Part shown: positions 46,659 to 55,337 of the stretch, in pieces | Layout: each line of letters opens with the position of its first letter | Position numbering within the stretch: the first letter of the stretch is position 1 | Source of the DNA: Crocinitomicaceae bacterium | GTDB lineage: Bacteria; Bacteroidota; Bacteroidia; Flavobacteriales_D; Crocinitomicaceae | DNA: 64,000 nt | NCBI GenBank assembly: GCA_044233275.1 | Contig: JBIIKG010000001.1 | Span: 610-64,609, forward strand | Direction of reading: 5' to 3' | Program-made: the position numbers and the translations under genes | Notes under the pieces: model-generated | What the model was told of the DNA's origin: nothing | The model's database searches: none | The model's input: the letters and a program-made list of their open reading frames with translations, nothing else

Positions 46659-47416
46659 TGGCGATTTCTCTCTCAGCTGTAATAATTACTTTCAATGAGG
46701 AACGTAACATAGAGCGTTGCTTAACTTCCCTTCAAGGTGTTGCAGACGAGATAATTGTTGTGGATTCTTTTTCGAAGGACAAAACAGAGGAAATCTGTAA
46801 ACGTTTTAATGTAACATTCATTCAGCATCCTTTTGAAGGACATATTCAACAAAAGAATTTTGCCATTGATGCTGCTTCAAATAATTGGATTCTTTCCTTG
46901 GATGCGGATGAAGCTTTAACAGAGGAATTAAAAGCAGGTATTCTTCAAATCAAAAATCAGCCTGAGTTTAAAGGATATTCAATGAATCGCCTCACAAATT
47001 ATTGCGGTCATTGGGTGAAATACTGTGGTTGGTATCCAGATACTAAAGTGCGTTTGGTGAATCGAGATTTTGCGCGTTGGACTGGCATTAATCCACATGA
47101 CCGCTTAGACTTGTTGGAAAATGAAACTTTTGGTCATTTGAAAGGAGATATTCTGCATTATTCCTATTATTCACAAGCCGAACATCTCAAACAAATCGAC
47201 TATTTTGGTAATATTGCAGCCAAAGAATTATTTGAACGAGGAGGGAAGTCAAATTGGCCCCTAATTATTTCGAAGGTCATTGCGCAGTTTATAAAAAGTT
47301 ACTTCTTAAAACTGGGAATATTGGATGGGGCAACAGGCTTTACCATTTCGCGACTTAGTGCTTATGCAACCTATCAGAAATACCTCAAGTTGTTGAATTT
47401 GCAGAAGGGAAAATGA
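46658..47416 (+). CDS. Family 2 glycosyltransferase (LPS-core type)
   Basis: 252 aa. LSAVIITFNEERNIERCL...VVDSFSKD...LDADE motifs. The start overlaps the upstream stop by 1 nt. Confidence 0.8.
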   Translation: MAISLSAVIITFNEERNIERCLTSLQGVADEIIVVDSFSKDKTEEICKRFNVTFIQHPFEGHIQQKNFAIDAASNNWILSLDADEALTEELKAGILQIKNQPEFKGYSMNRLTNYCGHWVKYCGWYPDTKVRLVNRDFARWTGINPHDRLDLLENETFGHLKGDILHYSYYSQAEHLKQIDYFGNIAAKELFERGGKSNWPLIISKVIAQFIKSYFLKLGILDGATGFTISRLSAYATYQKYLKLLNLQKGK

Positions 47417-48411
47417 ATAAAATCGTCATATCAAGAACCGACAGTATAGGAGATGTAATGTTAACCTTGCCAATGTGTGTTTGGTTAAAAAATAAATATC
47501 CAGACGCACAGCTTGTATTCTTAGGCAGTGGTTACACAAAGGCAGTTGTAGCTTGTTTTTCGGTGATTGATGAATTTATCGATTGGAAAGAAATAGAAGC
47601 AATGCCTACTGCTCAGCGAGCAGACATTTTTAAAGAGTGGCAAGCGGATGCAATTATGCATGTTTTTCCAAACAAGGAAATTGCTTCATTGGCGAAGAAA
47701 GCTAAAATTGGAATGCGAATAGGAACATCTCACCGAAGTTTTCACCTTCTTACATGTAATCATCGATTGAATTTTACACGCAAGAATTCAGCATTCCATG
47801 AGGCACAATTAAATTTTGAACTGCTGAAGCCATTTGGCCTAAAAGAAATACCATCATTGGAAGAGTTGACGAGTATGTTGAATGCTTTTCACATTCCTTC
47901 GATTGATATACCAAGTGAAATTGAGAACATTCTTTCAGAAAGTAGCAAGTCAATTATTTTGCATCCGAAATCACAAGGAAGCGCTGTAGAATGGCCAACG
48001 GAAAAATATATGGCATTGGCAACTATTTTGGCAGATCTAGGTTTTACAGTTTTCTTTACTGGTACAGAAAGTGAAGGAAGTCAATTCAGACAGGCAATTC
48101 CAACAAATAAAAACATCATCGATACTACGGGTCAGTTATCCTTGCCCGAATTAATTGTATTGATTTCAAAAGTGAAAAATTTGGTAGCTTGTTCAACAGG
48201 ACCATTGCATATCGCTGGATTTGCAGGCATTCGTGCAATTGGTTTGTTTTCACCAAGAAAGCCTATACATCCTGGTAGATGGAGTCCGCTTGGAAAAAAT
48301 GTGCGCACCTTGGTTTTTGACGAAAATTGCGAAACATGCAAGAAGAAAAAATCGTGTGATTGCATTTCATCCATTTCAGTAGAAAAAGTATTGGCAGAAA
48401 TAATATCTTGA
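47413..48411 (+). CDS. Family 9 glycosyltransferase (heptosyltransferase-like)
   Basis: 332 aa. N-terminal ISRTDSIGDVMLTLP and C-terminal TGPLHIAG motifs. ATGA overlap with the GT2 gene. Confidence 0.8.
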   Translation: MNKIVISRTDSIGDVMLTLPMCVWLKNKYPDAQLVFLGSGYTKAVVACFSVIDEFIDWKEIEAMPTAQRADIFKEWQADAIMHVFPNKEIASLAKKAKIGMRIGTSHRSFHLLTCNHRLNFTRKNSAFHEAQLNFELLKPFGLKEIPSLEELTSMLNAFHIPSIDIPSEIENILSESSKSIILHPKSQGSAVEWPTEKYMALATILADLGFTVFFTGTESEGSQFRQAIPTNKNIIDTTGQLSLPELIVLISKVKNLVACSTGPLHIAGFAGIRAIGLFSPRKPIHPGRWSPLGKNVRTLVFDENCETCKKKKSCDCISSISVEKVLAEIIS

Positions 48412-49226
48412 TTCTGATCCAAAACCTCATAAAAACGCTTGTTTATGGCAATCTGATTGTTGCTTTTTCAGGTGCCTTGCTTTCTTCTTCTTTTGTCAAA
48501 TTAGTGTCTATTGATTCCTATATTGAATATGGATTATTTACGTTTTTTGGAATACTTGCGCTATATAATTATCATCGACTATCTAAAATGAATGCCTTGA
48601 TGAATGCCGATTTAAAGAATTGGTGTTTACAGCATAAAACACTTTTGTACGCATTGATCATCATCTCTTTCATTGGTGCACTATTCTTGGTTCAACTTTT
48701 AATCATCGATATAGAAATAGTCGTGTTGCTTTTGATTCCAACAGTTAGCATGAGTATTTGGTACATCATTCCCATCTTTAACATACGGTTAAGAGACATT
48801 CCTTTTGTGAAGGCACCCATCGTTGCACTAAGTTGGACAAGCGTGCTCATTGCCTTTCCTTTAGTCAATCATTACAGCCTTACAATCAATGATTACTATC
48901 ATATCTTGGCGTTCGTTCTTTATTTTTTAGCCTTGACAATTCCCTTTGATATTCGAGACAAACACGTTGATATTAAAAATCAACGGACACTGCCACAAAT
49001 TGCTGGGAACGCTTTTTCGAAGGTAGTGGCCATACTGTTATTACTTGGATTTTATTCTATTTTCGCAATAATTTATCAAGAATTGAGATTTTCTATCCCA
49101 TTTCTAGTTGCAATGTTCTTTACAGCAGCTTTATTTTTGTTGAGTAATGAACGAAGATCCTATGCATTTTTTGCTTTAGTAGATTTTTCTATGGCGTTGA
49201 TTGCACTCGCTTTTTTCTATAAATAA
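48360..49226 (+). CDS. Polytopic membrane protein, UbiA-prenyltransferase-like with a degenerate first Asp motif
   Basis: About 8 predicted helices. LRDIPFVKAPIVA and FDIRDKHVDIKNQRTLP resemble the UbiA second DxxDxxxD region. The start is uncertain: the track ATG at 48360 overlaps the GT9 gene by 52 nt, and an in-frame TTG at 48408 overlaps its stop (TTGA). Confidence 0.45.
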   Translation: MHFIHFSRKSIGRNNILILIQNLIKTLVYGNLIVAFSGALLSSSFVKLVSIDSYIEYGLFTFFGILALYNYHRLSKMNALMNADLKNWCLQHKTLLYALIIISFIGALFLVQLLIIDIEIVVLLLIPTVSMSIWYIIPIFNIRLRDIPFVKAPIVALSWTSVLIAFPLVNHYSLTINDYYHILAFVLYFLALTIPFDIRDKHVDIKNQRTLPQIAGNAFSKVVAILLLLGFYSIFAIIYQELRFSIPFLVAMFFTAALFLLSNERRSYAFFALVDFSMALIALAFFYK

Positions 49227-49309
49227 GAACGTGTTTTCAACAATCTCAGGGGGTTTCACTTCGTGTTTTCAATTGGATAAATGTGTATTTTCGTAAAAAC
49301 TAGAATGCT

Positions 49310-51256
49310 ATGCTTAAAACCTTTACCCTTATTTTCTTTGCTCTCCCTTATGTGATTTTTGCTCAAGATGAAAATGCAACACATTGCTCGAAGCGAAACA
49401 AACATCATTCTGTGCAGAAAAGTGCTTCATTATCTGTTGCACAAATTGCAGAAACAGAGCGTTACAATGTGCATTTCTATGCCTTGGATATTGCCATGAA
49501 TAATTTGGTCACAGTTGTGGCTGGAACTGGAGAGATTCATGCTATTGCTCGTCAAAACTTAGATTCAGCTTTGTTTGAATTACATCCGGTAATGACCATT
49601 TCTCAAATTCGTGTGAATGCTATCCCAGTTCTTTATTCAAGAATTGGATCGGCAATCAAAGTACCAGTAAATGCGATTCTTGGTGATGCATTTGTTATTT
49701 CAGTTGATTATGCCGGGACACCTCCAACGGGTGCTTCAACGCCTTTTGGTGGAAGTGGAATGAGTAATGACGATTCACCTTCTTGGGGAAATCAGGTTAC
49801 TTGGTCTTTGTCTGAACCTTTTTCAGCTTATGAATGGTGGCCATGTAAACAATCGTTGACGGATAAAGCGGATAGTTGTTCAGTAAAAATTACGGTTCCA
49901 TCAGCTTGTAAAGCAGGATCAAACGGTTTGTTGGATAATGTGATTGATTTAGGTGGTGGATTATCGCGCTACGAATGGAAGCACCGTCACCCAATTGTTT
50001 ATTATTTGGTTTCTGTGGCGGTAGCCGAATACATTGATTATACCGTTTATGCAAATCCCGTAGGCGCGTCGAACCCAATTATGATTCAAAATTACATTTA
50101 TAATAACCCTGCTACACTTGCGAATTTTCAAGATGAAATTGATGAAACCGCTGATTTTATGGAATTGTTTTATGAATTGTATGGTCCGTATCCTTTTGAA
50201 GATGAAAAATATGGCCATTGCATGGCGCCGCTTTCTGGAGGAATGGAGCATCAAACAATGACAACTCAGGGATTTTTTGAAAGAGGTTTAACAGCGCATG
50301 AGCTAGGACATCAATGGTTTGGTGACAATGTAACATGTGCAACATGGTCTGATATCTGGGTGAACGAGGGCTTTGCTTCTTATTCAGAATACCTGATGTT
50401 AGAAAATTTGTATGCTGGTGACGAAGTTCAGCATATGTTAGATGTACACGATAATATTATGTCGCAGCCATTTGGTTCTGTTTGGGTATTGGATAGTTTA
50501 GATGAGAATAGAATTTTTAGTGGTCGTTTAACCTATGATAAAGGTGCGGGTATAATTCACACGATGCGTTATATGGTCGACAACGACAATTTGTTCTTTG
50601 CTACCTTGCGTGAATTTCAAGCAGATTTTGGTGATAGCGTTGCAACTGGGATCGATGTTCGTGATAAATTTCAGGCAGAAACAGGAATCGATTTCACACC
50701 CTTTTTCGAAGAGTGGTATTTTGGTGGTGGATATCCAACCTATTCAATTCAATGGAATCAAATAGGGAGTGATATTTTAATACAGTTGTCACATACAGCT
50801 TCTCAAGCTGCTGTTACTCCAACTTTTACAAATCCGATTGATGTGCGAATTACGCGTCCAACGCTTGGAGATACAATTGTGCGTTTAGATGTGAACAGTA
50901 ATCAACAACAATTTTTAGTAAGCAATGCAGGAACTGCTGGTACGATGTTTATCGATCCAGCAAATTGGGTGATAAATAAAGTAGGAACAATTGTATTCAA
51001 TGCATCTTTGGTTGGATTGAAAGATGAGGTTCTATCAGAAAAAATTACTGTTTACCCAAATCCAAGCAATGGAATTGTAACAGTTGAAGTTGCTGATGAA
51101 ACAACGAAAGAGTATATCATTTACAAAATGAATGGTCAAATCATTGAAAAAGGCACAGCAAATGGTTCGTTTCAGTTGGATTTATCCAAATACGGAAATG
51201 GCACTTATTTATTGGAATTAAACCAACAGCGCAAATTGATTACAATTACGCAGTAG
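49310..51256 (+). CDS. M1 family metallopeptidase (aminopeptidase N-like) with type-A T9SS CTD
   Basis: 648 aa with a signal peptide. GGMEHQT, HELGHQWFGD and WVNEGFASY zinc motifs. C-terminal VYPNPSNGIVTVEV...GTYLLELN. Confidence 0.85.
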   Translation: MLKTFTLIFFALPYVIFAQDENATHCSKRNKHHSVQKSASLSVAQIAETERYNVHFYALDIAMNNLVTVVAGTGEIHAIARQNLDSALFELHPVMTISQIRVNAIPVLYSRIGSAIKVPVNAILGDAFVISVDYAGTPPTGASTPFGGSGMSNDDSPSWGNQVTWSLSEPFSAYEWWPCKQSLTDKADSCSVKITVPSACKAGSNGLLDNVIDLGGGLSRYEWKHRHPIVYYLVSVAVAEYIDYTVYANPVGASNPIMIQNYIYNNPATLANFQDEIDETADFMELFYELYGPYPFEDEKYGHCMAPLSGGMEHQTMTTQGFFERGLTAHELGHQWFGDNVTCATWSDIWVNEGFASYSEYLMLENLYAGDEVQHMLDVHDNIMSQPFGSVWVLDSLDENRIFSGRLTYDKGAGIIHTMRYMVDNDNLFFATLREFQADFGDSVATGIDVRDKFQAETGIDFTPFFEEWYFGGGYPTYSIQWNQIGSDILIQLSHTASQAAVTPTFTNPIDVRITRPTLGDTIVRLDVNSNQQQFLVSNAGTAGTMFIDPANWVINKVGTIVFNASLVGLKDEVLSEKITVYPNPSNGIVTVEVADETTKEYIIYKMNGQIIEKGTANGSFQLDLSKYGNGTYLLELNQQRKLITITQ

Positions 51257-51276
51257 AAATTAGATTGACGATAAAG

Positions 51277-51310
51277 AAAATGGAATTGGTTTTAACTGAT
51301 TCCATTTTTT
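51277..51310. terminator. Bidirectional terminator between the M1 peptidase gene and radA
   Basis: AAAATGGAAT / ATTCCATTTT: perfect 10-bp stem with a 12-nt loop and T runs on both strands. Confidence 0.6.
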
Positions 51311-51313
51311 CGT

Positions 51314-52678
51314 TTAAGCAAACAATGCCCTTACAACTTCATCAATTTTACCGCACATGACCAATTCAATTTTGAAGTTCTTTTGATCAATTCCTTTGTT
51401 GTATTTCGAAATAATGATTTTTTCAAAACCGAGTTTTTCAGCTTCAGAAATACGTTGATCGATTCTGTTCACTGGTCGTACTTCTCCAGATAAACCAACC
51501 TCCGCAGAAAGCGCAATGTTTTTTTCAATTGGTAAGTCTGCATTAGAAGATAATACAGCAGCAACAACGGCTAAGTCAATCGCTGGGTCATCGACTTTAA
51601 TTCCACCGGCAATGTTTAAGAAAACGTCTTTTGCTCCTAATTTGAATCCACAGCGTTTTTCCATCACAGCTAGCAACATGTTCAATCGTTTGCTATCAAA
51701 TCCAGTAGAAGAGCGCTGAGGCGTCCCATAGGCTGCTGTACTCACGAGTGCTTGAACTTCAATTAACATTGGGCGCAAACCTTCTAATGTTGCAGCAATG
51801 GAGATTCCACTCAACGAGCTATCTGTGTTGGTGATCAATATTTCGGAAGGATTTTCCACTTGGCGCAATCCTGTACCCAACATTTCGTAAATACCCAATT
51901 CATTGGTACTTCCAAAACGATTTTTAATGGAACGCAATAAACGGTAAACATGGTTGCGATCGCCTTCGAATTGTAAAACAGCATCCACCATGTGTTCTAA
52001 CACCTTTGGTCCAGCCAATGAACCTTCCTTCGTAATGTGACCAATCAAAAAGACAGGAACTCCTGTTTGTTTTGCATATCGAAGCAGTTGTGCGGTGCAT
52101 TCGCGTACTTGAGAAATACTTCCCGGAGAACTTTCAATTTGTGTGGAATACAACGTTTGAATTGAATCAATGATCATCAATTGCGGCTGAGTGCTTTCTG
52201 CTTGGGTAAAAATATGTTGAATGTTTGTTTCTGTGAGAATATAACATTGTTCATTCGTTAAGCCAATTCGCTCAGCACGCATTTTAATTTGTTGTTCACT
52301 TTCTTCACCGGAAACATAAAGTACATTCAACTTGTCTTCCTCAATGGCCATTTGAAGTAGCAAGGTAGATTTTCCAATTCCAGGTTCACCACCGAATAGA
52401 ATCAATGATCCAGGGACCAATCCACCACCTAAAACGCGTGTCAATTCCTTGTCTTTCAATTCAATTCTCACATGCTCTTGATTCTCGATAGTGTGAATCG
52501 CTTGCGGTTTTGAATTGCGGGTAGAAGTTGAAAATGCAACGACCGATGAAGGGACGTTCTTCTCAATAATTTCTTCTACAAAGGTATTCCACTCTGAACA
52601 AGAAGGGCATTTACCCAACCATTTCGGTGTTTCGTATCCACAATTTTGACAGAAATATGCTGATTTTACTTTGGCCAT
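51314..52678 (-). CDS. radA: DNA repair protein RadA/Sms
   Basis: The likely start is the internal MAKVKSAYFCQNCGYETPKWLGKCPSC (ATG at 52678), not the track start at 52726. Walker A GGEPGIGKST, the KNRFG motif and a Lon-like C-terminus. Confidence 0.95.
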   Translation of the reverse strand: MAKVKSAYFCQNCGYETPKWLGKCPSCSEWNTFVEEIIEKNVPSSVVAFSTSTRNSKPQAIHTIENQEHVRIELKDKELTRVLGGGLVPGSLILFGGEPGIGKSTLLLQMAIEEDKLNVLYVSGEESEQQIKMRAERIGLTNEQCYILTETNIQHIFTQAESTQPQLMIIDSIQTLYSTQIESSPGSISQVRECTAQLLRYAKQTGVPVFLIGHITKEGSLAGPKVLEHMVDAVLQFEGDRNHVYRLLRSIKNRFGSTNELGIYEMLGTGLRQVENPSEILITNTDSSLSGISIAATLEGLRPMLIEVQALVSTAAYGTPQRSSTGFDSKRLNMLLAVMEKRCGFKLGAKDVFLNIAGGIKVDDPAIDLAVVAAVLSSNADLPIEKNIALSAEVGLSGEVRPVNRIDQRISEAEKLGFEKIIISKYNKGIDQKNFKIELVMCGKIDEVVRALFA

Positions 52679-52864
52679 TTTTAATTGATATGGTATAAAG
52701 GTAAAAGGAAAAAAAGAAAACCACACATTCTTTTAATACATTGAATTCAATTAATTGAGGACATCGAGCTCGGCCATTGCGATGTGCTGAGCTTGCCGAA
52801 GTAAGGCAGTCGAAATGAGTCGAGATGCCGAATTAATTTGTAATTTTATCAAAACAACAATACC

Positions 52865-53920
52865 ATGTCAATAAACACTGCCTTATTAAATAAAATTTGC
52901 ACAATACCAGGTGCACCAGGTTTTGAGAAGAAAATCAGAGAGTTGGTTCTAAAGGAATTGAAAGGATTAACCGATCATGTGGAACTGGATAACATGGGTA
53001 ACATTTATGCCGTGAAATATGGTACCGCAAAAGACCGAAAAAAGGTAATGATTGGTGCACACATGGATGAAATTGGGTTCATGGTGACACACATTGATGA
53101 TAAAGGATTTATTCGTTTTCATACTTTGGGTGGATTTGATCCAAAAACGCTTACAGCTCAACGCGTAATTATTCATGGTAAAAAAGATGTCATTGGCGTT
53201 ATGGCTTCAAAACCAATTCATGTGATGACCGCTGCTGAACGTGAGAAAGTGGCGAAACTTTCAGATTATTTCATCGATACAGGCTTAAGTGCAGAAGAGG
53301 TAAAGGAGATGGTTGAAATTGGAAATCCAATTACGCGTGAACGTGAATTTATCGAAATGGGAAATTGTGTGAACGGTAAATCCTTGGATAACCGTTTGGC
53401 GGTTTTTATTTTGATTGAAACCTTGAAAAAATTGAAAGGCAAGAAAGTGCCATACGATATTTATGGAGTGTTCACAGTGCAAGAAGAAGTAGGAATCCGA
53501 GGCGCAAACGTTTCAGCTCTGAGAATTAATCCTGATTTTGGTTTCGGATTGGATACAACAATAGCCTTCGATTTACCCGGAGCAGCTGCGCATGAAATGA
53601 TTACAAAATTGGGCGAAGGAACTGCTATTAAAATTATGGATGCTTCAACCATTTGTGATTATCGCATGGTAGAATACATGAAAAAAACGGCTACAAAACA
53701 CAAAATCAAGTGGCAACCTGAAATACTTACAGCTGGCGGAACAGACACGGCTGGGATTCAACGAATGACCGAAGGTGGTTCAATCGCTGGTGCAGTTTCT
53801 ATTCCAACGCGACATTTACATCAAGTAATTGAAATGGCACACAAAGAAGATATTCAAGGAAGTATCGATTTGTTAGTAGCGTGTGTTTCGGAATTGGATA
53901 AGCACGATTGGAAATTCTAA
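52865..53920 (+). CDS. M42 family metallopeptidase (glutamyl aminopeptidase/FrvX-like)
   Basis: 351 aa. GAHMDEIGFMV, LDNRLA and VQEEVGIRGA motifs. Confidence 0.85.
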   Translation: MSINTALLNKICTIPGAPGFEKKIRELVLKELKGLTDHVELDNMGNIYAVKYGTAKDRKKVMIGAHMDEIGFMVTHIDDKGFIRFHTLGGFDPKTLTAQRVIIHGKKDVIGVMASKPIHVMTAAEREKVAKLSDYFIDTGLSAEEVKEMVEIGNPITREREFIEMGNCVNGKSLDNRLAVFILIETLKKLKGKKVPYDIYGVFTVQEEVGIRGANVSALRINPDFGFGLDTTIAFDLPGAAAHEMITKLGEGTAIKIMDASTICDYRMVEYMKKTATKHKIKWQPEILTAGGTDTAGIQRMTEGGSIAGAVSIPTRHLHQVIEMAHKEDIQGSIDLLVACVSELDKHDWKF

Positions 53921-53939
53921 ATGAAAATAATTCAACAAA

Positions 53940-53966
53940 AAGGTCAAGTTCGCTTGGCCTTTTTTT
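53940..53966. terminator. Terminator hairpin between the M42 peptidase gene and the convergent MFS gene
   Basis: AAGGTCAAG-TTCG-CTTGGCCTT (one G.T pair) followed by TTTTT and preceded by AAAA. Confidence 0.55.
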
Positions 53967-55215
53967 ATAGGTGATCGATATTTAATTTCCGCAATTTCGG
54001 TGTTAATCGAGCGGTTACTATCACCACAAGAATCGTGAGAATGCCCCCCAAAACAATCGATGGTTTCACACCAAATGCTCGTGCGGTAATTCCCGATTCA
54101 AATGCACCAATTTCATTCGAAGAACCAATGAATATTCCGTTCACAGCCGAAACGCGTCCACGCATATTATCAGGAGTGGACAATTGCAGTATGGTGTGAC
54201 GGATAACGACGCTCACATTGTCAAATGCACCTGTCAAGAAAAGGAAAAACAGTGCGACATAGAAATTGGTGGAAAACCCAAAGCAAATAGTTGCTAATCC
54301 AAAGGCTCCAACCGATAAAAATAAATTGCGACCCGCATTTTTGGTAGGAGGTTTATACGCAATTATCAGTGCCATAATTACCGCTCCAATTGCAGGTGCG
54401 GCGCGTAAAAAACCTAATTCCACTGCTCCTGCATGTAAAACTTCATCTGCAAATGCTGGTAATAGGGCAACTGCTCCTCCAAATAAAACAGCAAATAAAT
54501 CAAGTGTCAAGGCACCTAAAATCAGTTGATTTTTAAAAACAAACTTGATTCCTGCCGAGAGACTTTCAAATAACGATTCAGTCTTTTGTTTTACAGGCAA
54601 AGGTTTTGATTTGATAAATAGGAAAGCGACAAATGACATTATCAAAAAGGAAATATCGACCATGTAAGCCGTTGAATAATTGATTGCAATTAAAATTCCA
54701 GCGAGCGAAGGTCCAACAACTGAAGCAATATGCCAAACAGTACTGTTCCATGTTGCTGCATTCGCATAAACACTCCGAGGAATAATTTGGGACATAAATG
54801 AAGGGTAGGCTGCTGAAATGAATCCTCGAATTATACCAACAAATGCAATGGAAATGAAAATTGGAATGGTTCCGAATTGCTTTAAAACACCCGTCGAATC
54901 AAAGGAGAAATACAATAAGAATGAAGTAACAATAATAAAAAGAAAACTAAAAAAGAGTATGATGTATTTGCGATTAAATGTATCAGCAACATGTCCTGAA
55001 AAAAGCGAAACGGCAATGAAAGGCAGGGCTTCGGTTAATCCAATCATTCCCAAAGCAAACACATCTTTTGTCAAGGCATAAACTTGCCAACCCACAATAA
55101 CACTTTGCATTTGTATTCCCAAGGTCAAGAAAAAGCGATTCGCCAAGAAATAATTGAATTCTTTGTAGCGAAGAACTGCAAATGGATCGTGCTTTTTTGA
55201 AGAGGATGTTGGCAT
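53965..55215 (-). CDS. MFS transporter
   Basis: 416 aa with about 12 hydrophobic helices. The GHVADTFNRK loop resembles the MFS motif A position. Confidence 0.8.
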   Translation of the reverse strand: MPTSSSKKHDPFAVLRYKEFNYFLANRFFLTLGIQMQSVIVGWQVYALTKDVFALGMIGLTEALPFIAVSLFSGHVADTFNRKYIILFFSFLFIIVTSFLLYFSFDSTGVLKQFGTIPIFISIAFVGIIRGFISAAYPSFMSQIIPRSVYANAATWNSTVWHIASVVGPSLAGILIAINYSTAYMVDISFLIMSFVAFLFIKSKPLPVKQKTESLFESLSAGIKFVFKNQLILGALTLDLFAVLFGGAVALLPAFADEVLHAGAVELGFLRAAPAIGAVIMALIIAYKPPTKNAGRNLFLSVGAFGLATICFGFSTNFYVALFFLFLTGAFDNVSVVIRHTILQLSTPDNMRGRVSAVNGIFIGSSNEIGAFESGITARAFGVKPSIVLGGILTILVVIVTARLTPKLRKLNIDHL

Positions 55216-55337
55216 ACGGTCAAAATTACACTTTTGTTTGGATTTTGTGATTCCAATAATCTTCAGCTTTATTTTTTCGAACGGTATCGATTCACTATCT
55301 AAATATTTGTACTTTCATCTTTCAATTTTAGAAAACT

